Assembly (NCBI GenBank): GCA_036845085.1
Contig: DAIUEN010000002.1
Span: forward strand, 1 to 31,940
Direction: 5' to 3'
DNA length: 31,940 nt
Origin: Candidatus Nanopusillus sp.
GTDB lineage: Archaea > Nanobdellota > Nanobdellia > Nanobdellales > Nanobdellaceae
Shown here: positions 25,198 to 31,940 of the stretch, one piece after another
Layout: every line of letters starts with the position of its first letter
Position numbering within the stretch: position 1 is the first letter of the stretch
Notes under the pieces: generated by a model
What the model was told of the DNA's origin: nothing
The model's database searches: none
The model's input: the letters and a program-made list of their open reading frames with translations, nothing else
Made by a program: the position numbers and the translations under genes

Positions 25198-26283
25198 CTA
25201 ATTTTTTTCATTTTTTAATTTTTCTTCTAAGAAATTTATTAAATTTTTTATATCCCTTTCATAAATTAAACCTCCAGCAGCTTTTGGATGACCTCCACCG
25301 CTAATACCATATTTTTTAGAGAACTCATTTATGATTTTTCCTATATCTATTCCTTTAGAATTTTGATATCTGAGAGAAACTTTGTATCTTCTTTCTTTTC
25401 TTTTAAATATTCTATAAATAATTCCCTTATCTTTTAATGATAATACTACTACAAGTTTATTTGGATAAAAAGATGATACTATAGTAGATACTGTTCCTGA
25501 AGATCTAGATTCGAATACAATTAATTTTTCAGATTCATAAATTTTTTTCAAATCCTTTATGTAATTATAATACTTTGTAGCAGTTTTATTTATGTATTTA
25601 AAGTTTACTTTTTTTAAAAAGTCCGTTATATTTAATATATCTTCTATATTTTCCTTTATAATTTCGTATGGATACAAAATTAACAGTAAATAATAATAAA
25701 ATATAAATGGCGTTGTAAAAGATCTTCCTGTATAAAATTGTCTATAGGATAATTTTAAATCAAACATTAATTCTTTATCATAATCAAACATAAAATCTCC
25801 AACAGCCCCTACAGCAGCTATTAAAGAGTATTTAATAAATTCGGGGCCAAACAAACTTTTTCCTATTTTATATATAATACTTGTAGTGCATAGTTCTATA
25901 TTGTATATAGCACGTATATCGAAATAAAATAGATTTTCTGGTATTTCTTCAGGTAATTTTCTTTTATGATGATCTATATATATTATTTCTCCTTTAAAGA
26001 TGTTTTTAGCAAAATCTATTAAATTTTTGTCATTTATTGGTGTATCTAAGAATATTATTGTTTTTATTTCATTATTATTTTTTATTATCCCACTTATTAT
26101 TTTTAATAATTCTATATTATTTTCTCCTCTAATTCTGAAATATGGTATAAAATTTTTATTTAATTTCTTTAATATTATATTCATTAATACCATAGACATC
26201 TTTCCATCAAGGTCCGTATCTGATATTACTAATATTTTTTCTCTTGAATTTTTAATTTTTTCAGCTAAAACATTAAAGTCCAT
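25198..26283 (-). CDS. DHH/DHHA1 phosphoesterase (RecJ/NrnA-like), catalytic motifs intact
   Basis: Motif I SDTDLDG, II FLDT, III IDHHK, IV GAVGDF, and DHHA1 GGGHPKAAGG. Confidence 0.85.
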   Translation of the reverse strand: MDFNVLAEKIKNSREKILVISDTDLDGKMSMVLMNIILKKLNKNFIPYFRIRGENNIELLKIISGIIKNNNEIKTIIFLDTPINDKNLIDFAKNIFKGEIIYIDHHKRKLPEEIPENLFYFDIRAIYNIELCTTSIIYKIGKSLFGPEFIKYSLIAAVGAVGDFMFDYDKELMFDLKLSYRQFYTGRSFTTPFIFYYYLLLILYPYEIIKENIEDILNITDFLKKVNFKYINKTATKYYNYIKDLKKIYESEKLIVFESRSSGTVSTIVSSFYPNKLVVVLSLKDKGIIYRIFKRKERRYKVSLRYQNSKGIDIGKIINEFSKKYGISGGGHPKAAGGLIYERDIKNLINFLEEKLKNEKN

Positions 26284-26376
26284 AAAATATTTTATTTGAT
26301 TAGCAAAGTTAATAACTTTAATAATTAAGAAATAAATACAAAAGTTTTAAAATCTTATTCGATAAAAATTTAAATA

Positions 26377-26775
26377 ATGGCTGAGAAAAAAGAAAGATGG
26401 GGACTCGTTCATATATATTCAAGCGATAACAATACAATTGTAAGAATTACCGATATAACCGGTGCAGAAACTATTGCTTATTCATCTGGTGGAATGGAAG
26501 TATTAGCTCAGAGATTAAAGAATACTCCAACAGCAGCAACATATGCTGCAAAAAGAGCTGCCTTAAAGGCTTTGGAGAGGGGTATTACTGCTGTCCATGT
26601 AAAGGTACGAGCTCCTGGGGGACATAATGGTCCATGGGTTGTAAGTCCAGCAGCTCAATTTGCAATTAAAGCATTAATTACTTCTGGATTGAAGATTGGC
26701 GTTGTTGAGGATGTTACTCCAATTCCGCATGATGGTTGTAGAAGAAAAGGAGGTAAGAGAGGAAGAAGATTATAA
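26377..26775 (+). CDS. rps11: 30S ribosomal protein uS11
   Basis: [33 protein letters not shown] and a C-terminal [20 protein letters not shown]. Confidence 0.95.
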   Translation: MAEKKERWGLVHIYSSDNNTIVRITDITGAETIAYSSGGMEVLAQRLKNTPTAATYAAKRAALKALERGITAVHVKVRAPGGHNGPWVVSPAAQFAIKALITSGLKIGVVEDVTPIPHDGCRRKGGKRGRRL

Positions 26776-26799
26776 TTTTTTTATACTTTATTTATAAAA

Positions 26800-26872
26800 A
26801 GCCGCCGGCGGGATTCGAACCCGCGACCTGTGGATTACGAGTCCACCGCTCTACCAACTGAGCTACGGCGGC
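26800..26872 (-). tRNA. tRNA-Thr (anticodon CGT)
   Basis: The reverse complement reads GCCGCCG-TA-GCTC-AGTTGGTA-GAGC-G-GTGGA-CTCGTAA-TCCAC-AGGTC-GCGGG-TTCGAAT-CCCGC-CGGCGGC-T. Confidence 0.92.
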
Positions 26873-27573
26873 TAATATTTTTTATATCTTCTATAATTTT
26901 GGTAATAATAATAAGGATTATAATAATTTTGGTTATTATATGAATATATATTATTGTTGTAGTTGTAGATATAATTTTGATTATTAGTAATATTATCATT
27001 TGATAAGCTAAATTTATCATTGGTTGTAAATAATTCTTCGTTAAATTCTGTAGATTCTAGTTCTTCATCTTTTATTAAGTTTGGAGTGAATTTATCTATT
27101 ACATACATTAGTAACAGAACCAAAGGATACATAATTATTATTGATATTATGTTCTTTATACTTAGTTCTGATATTCCATATATAATTGGAGTGAACATTA
27201 CATTGAAGTATGCTAAAGATCCAGTTCTTCCTATTATTTTTGCGATTTTTTTCCTTTTTATAGCTAATATTATCAATGATACTGCTAATCCAGCAAAAAA
27301 TAACGATATTATAATTCTTAATAAGTCAAATTCTCCAACACTATATATTTTTCTAAGCCAGTCTATAGATACCCATGAGAAAACAATTCCATTTACTAGC
27401 ACACTATTAATTTTAACTCCTTCATATTTTTCTACAAAATATTCTGTTGCAAACCATGTCAAATATATAGGATACGTTATCCAAATTATTTCTGGATTTA
27501 TAAGGGTTAATATAAGTATATCTAGCCAGGATATTACCAATTCTTTTAAAATTTCTATAATGCTTTCTATCAT
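26872..27573 (-). CDS. Integral membrane protein with Asn/Tyr low-complexity C-terminal tail
   Basis: 233 aa with about 5 hydrophobic helices. Tail is NDNITNNQNYIYNYNNNIYSYNNQNYYNPYYYYQNYRRYKKY. Stop codon TAG (26872-26874) shares one base with the tRNA-Thr 5' end. Confidence 0.7.
   Translation of the reverse strand: MIESIIEILKELVISWLDILILTLINPEIIWITYPIYLTWFATEYFVEKYEGVKINSVLVNGIVFSWVSIDWLRKIYSVGEFDLLRIIISLFFAGLAVSLIILAIKRKKIAKIIGRTGSLAYFNVMFTPIIYGISELSIKNIISIIIMYPLVLLLMYVIDKFTPNLIKDEELESTEFNEELFTTNDKFSLSNDNITNNQNYIYNYNNNIYSYNNQNYYNPYYYYQNYRRYKKY
26890..26902 (-). promoter_or_regulatory. Candidate TATA box for tRNA-Thr lying inside the upstream CDS
   Basis: The minus strand reads CCAAAATTATAGA, centred about 24 nt upstream of the tRNA 5' end. 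There is no intergenic DNA between the CDS stop and the tRNA. Confidence 0.25.
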
Positions 27574-27611
27574 TATACTTATTTAATAAACTTGTTATAA
27601 TATAAGTATAC

Positions 27612-28175
27612 ATGAAACATCTACAGTTCTTAGGAATTTATAAAGATCTGTTAATAGATGGAAAAAAAGATATTACTATCAGATTAACAAAACCAAAATT
27701 AAAACCTGGTGAAATATTTATTATAGACTGTGGTGGTAAATCTATTGGAAAATTTAGAGTAAAAAATATATATACAAAAAAAATAAAAGAAATTACTGAT
27801 GAGGAGGCGATTAGAGATGGATATAAAAATAAAGAAGATTTGATAATAGATTTAAAAAGAATATATAAAGGAATTGATGATAATAAAGAAGTAGTTATTA
27901 TAGAATTTGAACCTGTTGAGATATTTAAAGATCAAATTTCTTCTGAAGAATTTGCATGGGGTGGTAAAAAATATAATATACCTGAATTGGCTAAAATAAT
28001 CTTAGAAAATTTTAAGGATATTCCAAAAAAAGATGTAGAAATATTAAAACTTATTATAGAAAAAGGTAGTATGAGAAAGGCAGCTTTGCATTTGGGAGGG
28101 TTAGAAAAAAGATATGTTATTAGAAAAGTTTTGAAGAAATACTTTTATAGGTTAAAAAAACAAAATTTAATTTAA
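27612..28175 (+). CDS. ASCH (PUA-like) domain protein with C-terminal helix-turn-helix-like region
   Basis: N-terminal LLIDGKKDITIRL...PGEIFIID...FRVKNIYTKKIKEITDEEAIRDGY follows the ASCH pattern. The C-terminus VEILKLIIEKGSMRKAALHLGGLEKRYVIRKVLKKY looks like an HTH. Confidence 0.7.
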   Translation: MKHLQFLGIYKDLLIDGKKDITIRLTKPKLKPGEIFIIDCGGKSIGKFRVKNIYTKKIKEITDEEAIRDGYKNKEDLIIDLKRIYKGIDDNKEVVIIEFEPVEIFKDQISSEEFAWGGKKYNIPELAKIILENFKDIPKKDVEILKLIIEKGSMRKAALHLGGLEKRYVIRKVLKKYFYRLKKQNLI

Positions 28176-29572
28176 ATAATTATTTCAAATTGTTTTAAAG
28201 CTATTTTTAAATTTTTTATAAATTCTTCATATTTGGATTTTTCCATTATAAATCCGCCAAAATTATCAAAAGTTGATGGCATTATTACGTTTTTTTCATA
28301 TAGATACTTTATTATAGAATTTGCATCTTTTTTATTATTTTTTGTACTAATCCTTAATACACCTCTATAAAGATTATCGGAAATATCATATAGGATTACA
28401 AATACTTTTTTATTTATTAATCCTTGGCTATGAAGTAAAGAAGCTATGTGACTAATAATATATCCATTATTTAGACTAGATTTTATTTTAATTATTAAAA
28501 TATTATTATCTTCATTTATCTCAAATTTATTTTCTAAAATATTATAGAAAACGGATGACAAAGTCCTTATATATTTATCATATAGCTTTTTTAAATCTTC
28601 ATTTAAATCTTCTTTTCCTAAGAAGTATAAAAGATTTTTAGTTTCTCCTTCATATATTATCCCATAAAATATATATACAAGTTCTCTTAAATCTTTGAAA
28701 TTTTTTTCTTCTAATATTTCATATACATTTCCGATAACATTTTCAGCATTTCCAATATTGCTTTTAATCCTAATACTTATGATATCGCTAATTAAGTTCT
28801 TTATTTCAGATTCTTCTAGATCTTTATAGTATAAATCTAAAAGTCCTCTTTTATTTTTTATGTTTATTTTTTTTAAAAATTCTAAAGATTTTTCTTCACT
28901 ACCGGTTATATTCGGTAAAAATACATCAAAAGATGCACTTAATACTTTATATAAAGGCTTTGTATAGATACTTGTTAGTTTTGGACCTTTCATATAATTT
29001 ATCTTTCCATTGTTTTTTAGTTCTTCTAATATCTCTTTGTTACTTCCATATAAATCCGAATTTTCTTGTAGTTCTGATAACGGTCCTATTAATGATAAAT
29101 AAGATATGTCTCGTTCTATACTCGCATTTTTCAGGAGTAAGTATATTATAGAAGAAGTAGAAATTTCATTATATCCATCCATATTAAATATCATTGGATT
29201 TATTTGAATTACATTTTCTAAATTTATATCTTTATTTATTAAAAAATGGTGATCGAATACGTAAAATCTTCTTTTTAGTTCTTTATTAGCTTTTCTTAAT
29301 TCATCAATATATAAAGAACCTGTATCCAATATTATTATAGATTCATATTCATATGAATCTTCTCCAAAAAACACTTCTTTAATATTTAAATTATCTATAA
29401 ATGTTAGGTGGGTATCTATATTATATTCATAAAAGAAATTCAGTAATTGTGTAGCCGCGGATAGACTATCTGGATTATTTGAACTTAATATCAAAAATCT
29501 ATTATTATTTTCTATATCTTTAACTATGTTGTTATATACTTCTTCAAGATATGATAAAAATCTTGGATTCAT
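28172..29572 (-). CDS. RecJ/Cdc45-like DHH-family protein with partly degenerate catalytic motifs (GAN/RecJdbh-like)
   Basis: 466 aa. Motif I is SSNNPDS (first Asp replaced), motif II ILDTG and motif III FDHHF are kept, and the DHHA1 GGGH is replaced by DNFGGF. ATGA overlap with the upstream rps15. Confidence 0.65.
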   Translation of the reverse strand: MNPRFLSYLEEVYNNIVKDIENNNRFLILSSNNPDSLSAATQLLNFFYEYNIDTHLTFIDNLNIKEVFFGEDSYEYESIIILDTGSLYIDELRKANKELKRRFYVFDHHFLINKDINLENVIQINPMIFNMDGYNEISTSSIIYLLLKNASIERDISYLSLIGPLSELQENSDLYGSNKEILEELKNNGKINYMKGPKLTSIYTKPLYKVLSASFDVFLPNITGSEEKSLEFLKKINIKNKRGLLDLYYKDLEESEIKNLISDIISIRIKSNIGNAENVIGNVYEILEEKNFKDLRELVYIFYGIIYEGETKNLLYFLGKEDLNEDLKKLYDKYIRTLSSVFYNILENKFEINEDNNILIIKIKSSLNNGYIISHIASLLHSQGLINKKVFVILYDISDNLYRGVLRISTKNNKKDANSIIKYLYEKNVIMPSTFDNFGGFIMEKSKYEEFIKNLKIALKQFEIII

Positions 29573-29955
29573 GAAGATCCATACATCTTAGCTATATCTC
29601 TAGAATATTCAAAAGATTCTGGTAGTATTTTTTTCTTTTTATAATACTTTATCAAAACTTTTGCATAAGATTCTAGCTCTTCTAAAGATTTTTTTGTTAC
29701 TATATCTTTTTTATTTTTTTCCAGATGTTTGAGCATTCTATTTATTTTTTTAAATATGTATAACAAATCTTCTGGTATTTCTTCTTTTAATCCTAAATCT
29801 TTCATAAATCTCTTTAATTTTTTTCTACTGATGTGTCTTATATCATAGATATTATACTTTTCTTTTAGTATCATGCCTATTTGTGATGGCGTTTTTCCTT
29901 CTTTCCATAATTTTTTTATTATTTCTCCGACAGCATCTTTAGATAATTGTTCCAT
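29569..29955 (-). CDS. rps15: 30S ribosomal protein uS15 (S15P/S13e)
   Basis: KLWKEGKTPSQIGMILKEKYNIYDIRHI, PEDLLYIFKKINRMLKHLEKNKKD and LIKYYKKK. Confidence 0.9.
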   Translation of the reverse strand: MEQLSKDAVGEIIKKLWKEGKTPSQIGMILKEKYNIYDIRHISRKKLKRFMKDLGLKEEIPEDLLYIFKKINRMLKHLEKNKKDIVTKKSLEELESYAKVLIKYYKKKKILPESFEYSRDIAKMYGSS

Positions 29956-30009
29956 TTTAATTTTTTTATCGTAAAAGTTAAAAAAGATATTATATTAAAT
30001 TAAAGTTTA

Positions 30010-30067
30010 TGTTGTGATGAACTGCTTGGTCTTCTGATTAGTGATGAACTGAACTGCCTCTGATAAA
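30010..30067 (+). ncRNA. Box C/D sRNA (2'-O-methylation guide)
   Basis: C box GTGATGA 30014-30020, 13-nt guide, D' CTGA 30034-30037, TTA, C' GTGATGA 30041-30047, 12-nt guide, D CTGA 30060-30063. It lies in the rps15/archease intergenic region and is locally GC-richer than the flanks. Confidence 0.8.
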
Positions 30068-30096
30068 TTGATAAAGATATACTTTAAATATTTTAT

Positions 30097-30555
30097 ATGA
30101 CTGCACTTAGAGATTGGAGTTATGAAGAACATACGGCTGATGTTAAGATTGTAGGATACGGTAATACACCAAAGAGAGCTATTGAATCTGTAATTTTAGG
30201 TATCATGAATATCATATATGATACAGAAAAAGTAGATAAAGTTATTGAAAAAGAGTATGAAATACAAGGAGATGATATACTAGAAGTAATATATAAGATC
30301 TTACAGAAATCTTTAGAGATATTTTATGTAGAAAACTTTGCTGTAAGAGATGTTAGAGTAAAAAATCTTAGGCGTATAAAAGATAGAGAAAAAAAGAAAG
30401 TATATTGGATAGCCAAGTTTAAATTGTTTGGAGAATCATATAATAAAGGTAAACATGGATTCAAAAAAGAAGTAAAAGCAGTTACTATGCATGATTTAAC
30501 TTTAGAAAGAATAAAAAAATCTTATTGGGTGGTTGAAGCTGTAGTTGATGTATGA
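30097..30555 (+). CDS. Archease (RtcB tRNA-ligase cofactor)
   Basis: YEEHTADVKIVGYGNTPKRAIES at the N-terminus and VKAVTMHDLTLE...WVVEAVVDV at the C-terminus. Confidence 0.9.
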   Translation: MTALRDWSYEEHTADVKIVGYGNTPKRAIESVILGIMNIIYDTEKVDKVIEKEYEIQGDDILEVIYKILQKSLEIFYVENFAVRDVRVKNLRRIKDREKKKVYWIAKFKLFGESYNKGKHGFKKEVKAVTMHDLTLERIKKSYWVVEAVVDV

Positions 30556-31427
30556 TCTTCCTTTTTTTCTTCTCTAAATAACAAAAGTTTATATAAAGGA
30601 ATATTTCCAAATATGTAGTAGTATGTATCTATTAGAGTAGCTATTATTAGTATTAAAGAAAATTCTTTAACTTGGAGTGATGGTACAAGTATATATAAAA
30701 ATATTGCTATTATAGCGATTATCGCTTCCATTAGTAATCCTATTCTAAAAGATTTCCTCGCCCTTTCTTTAAATGTTAAATCAGTCTCCTTTATCATGTT
30801 TGTAGCGAGTACTACATTATTATCTATAGCAAAACCAATTATTAAGAATAAAGCAATGAATCCTATCGAACTTATTGGGTAGTCTAACATAGATAATATA
30901 GATATTACTGCTAAATAATCAAATAATAATGTAGATATAAGTATGATAGATACTTCTTTTTTTCTATATCTTATAGATATAGCAATAGAGGATAAAATTA
31001 TAGCAATAATCAAGAATTGTACAAATTGATTAAATATAATATTTCCTACAGATGATGAGTATTCATATGTAGAAATAGAAGATTCGGATATATTTACTTT
31101 ATATAATTCATATAGAGCAGATACTAGCTGATTAGTATCTATTTTATGTTCGCTTTCTATATATATTATATTACCAGAAGAATATACATTTCCTGAAGAA
31201 TTTATATACTTTAGCGCATATTTTATATCATTAAGTTCTATTCCTGGATTATTAAATGAAATTAAATATCCTCCGGATAGAGATAAACTCTTTTTAAGTA
31301 TTTCTCCAGAACTAAAATATTTGGTTACTAAATAACTACTAAAAAGTAATATTAAAGAAAAAATTATAATAACAAATATCTTATATTTCTTTTCTATTAG
31401 ATCTAAAATCTTATCTAATATATCCAT
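30522..31427 (-). CDS. secF: Protein-export membrane protein SecF (SecDF family)
   Basis: N-terminal TM anchor, periplasmic domain starting LSGGYLISF, then a 5-TM bundle with IGFAIDNNVVLATNMIKE (the GxsvDxxI pattern). 301 aa. Confidence 0.75.
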   Translation of the reverse strand: MDILDKILDLIEKKYKIFVIIIFSLILLFSSYLVTKYFSSGEILKKSLSLSGGYLISFNNPGIELNDIKYALKYINSSGNVYSSGNIIYIESEHKIDTNQLVSALYELYKVNISESSISTYEYSSSVGNIIFNQFVQFLIIAIILSSIAISIRYRKKEVSIILISTLLFDYLAVISILSMLDYPISSIGFIALFLIIGFAIDNNVVLATNMIKETDLTFKERARKSFRIGLLMEAIIAIIAIFLYILVPSLQVKEFSLILIIATLIDTYYYIFGNIPLYKLLLFREEKKEDHTSTTASTTQ

Positions 31428-31479
31428 CTACATTAAATTAAATAAAAAAATATATAAGTATTTTAGCTAAAATATCCTT

Positions 31480-31940
31480 ATGAGGTCTTTTATGTATTTG
31501 GTAGAGATTATTTTACTAATAAGTTTGGTTTTATCATATTTTATATTTCTAAGATTTCCTTATCTTCCTTCGTATTATTTAGATAAATTTAAAACTAAAT
31601 ATTTATTAATTTCCGGTTTAGGTACTCTAAACAATAAACAGAATAATATTTATGTAAATATGGAAAAAATGGATTTGTTAGCTTTTATATATTATTCTTC
31701 TCTAGCTCCAAACTTTTTATATTACAATTCAAAAATAGCTTATTATTATCCTATTGTTTTTGATAATTTAAATAACTATTCTTGTTATATGTTTATGGTT
31801 CCATTTCCAACTTTAGGAGAAGGTGCTTCTTTTATAGAATACACAAGAAACGTGTCTGGATCTATTATAAGTAATTTTTATATTTTAAGTGATGGGTATT
31901 ATTGTACTAATTTTACATCTACAAAAGACTGGTACATAAC
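31480..31940 (+). CDS. 5' part of a signal-anchored Tyr/Asn-rich exported protein running off the window (partial; not in the ORF track)
   Basis: ATG 31480 followed by 153 stop-free codons to the window edge. MRSFMYLVEIILLISLVLSYFIFL is an N-terminal hydrophobic helix. TATA-like AAAAATATATAAG lies about 29 nt upstream. Confidence 0.6.
   Translation, partial: MRSFMYLVEIILLISLVLSYFIFLRFPYLPSYYLDKFKTKYLLISGLGTLNNKQNNIYVNMEKMDLLAFIYYSSLAPNFLYYNSKIAYYYPIVFDNLNNYSCYMFMVPFPTLGEGASFIEYTRNVSGSIISNFYILSDGYYCTNFTSTKDWYI

Noticed and set aside
11961-26902. Leaderless tRNA transcription (as in Nanoarchaeum equitans), inferred from A/T-rich boxes centred about 24-28 nt upstream of all five mature tRNA 5' ends
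   Set aside because: In DNA this AT-rich, a TATA-like string is found at almost any offset. An Rpp29 gene in the window also argues that RNase P exists. This cannot be concluded without 5'-end mapping.
1290-29151. Twenty-two track ORFs lie antisense to, or out of frame inside, longer well-supported genes. They are 1290-1520(-), 2440-2733(+), 3016-3348(-), 5484-5687(+), 5706-5963(+), 6211-6399(+), 8163-8351(+), 9322-9513(+), 9629-9925(+), 10684-10881(-), 13359-13667(-), 16623-17027(-), 17672-17875(+), 18247-18465(-), 21882-22112(+), 23138-23323(+), 23718-23903(+), 26000-26299(+), 26835-27020(-), 27020-27586(+), 27422-27613(-) and 28933-29151(+).
   Set aside because: Each is fully contained in a gene with clear family motifs. 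Their translations are Ser/Phe/Ile/Leu-rich low-complexity mirror images of Lys/Glu/Asn-rich coding strands. None has recognisable motifs.
1-31940. CRISPR arrays, cas genes, transposases, integrases, prophage or toxin-antitoxin modules
   Set aside because: No spaced direct repeats, no terminal inverted repeats and no ORF with the corresponding catalytic motifs were seen on either strand.

Overview
Very AT-rich (by eye about one quarter G+C), extremely compact archaeal chromosomal segment. It holds about 42 protein genes, 5 tRNA genes (Ser-UGA, Lys-UUU, Phe-GAA, Met/Ile2-CAU with a 30-nt intron, Thr-CGU) and one box C/D sRNA. The content is mostly informational housekeeping. Translation and RNA processing: uS13-uS4, uS11, uS15, eS6, a probable eS24, a short uL29-SUI1-Rpp29 remnant, aIF5B, Cbf5, Kae1, archease and a SpoU methylase. 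DNA metabolism: RNase HII, Mre11-Rad50, HerA, an XPD-like helicase, an RPA-like OB-fold protein and two DHH/RecJ-family proteins. Surface and export: a FlaI/PilB-type ATPase, a Cys-rich pilin-like protein, SecF and Tyr-rich exported proteins at both window edges. Gene order is scrambled relative to canonical archaeal operons, many genes overlap, and GC-rich tRNAs sit in AT-rich DNA. This fits a reduced, thermophilic DPANN/Nanoarchaeota-like genome, which is an inference, not a proven assignment. I found no CRISPR array, transposase or integrase, prophage or convincing defence island, and I cannot point to a clear novel multi-gene system. The best candidates for something undescribed are: (1) a ~76-aa insertion domain inside Kae1; (2) a 105-aa ORF translationally coupled to herA where nurA is expected; (3) a hypothetical kinase-like gene whose 5' part is shifted out of frame at an A5 run, paired with a MazG gene; (4) an inorganic-pyrophosphatase-like protein that has lost the catalytic Asp signature; (5) an intact plus a degenerate DHH/RecJ paralogue, the latter coupled to rps15; (6) an unlisted box C/D sRNA and an unlisted 43-codon uL29-like ORF.
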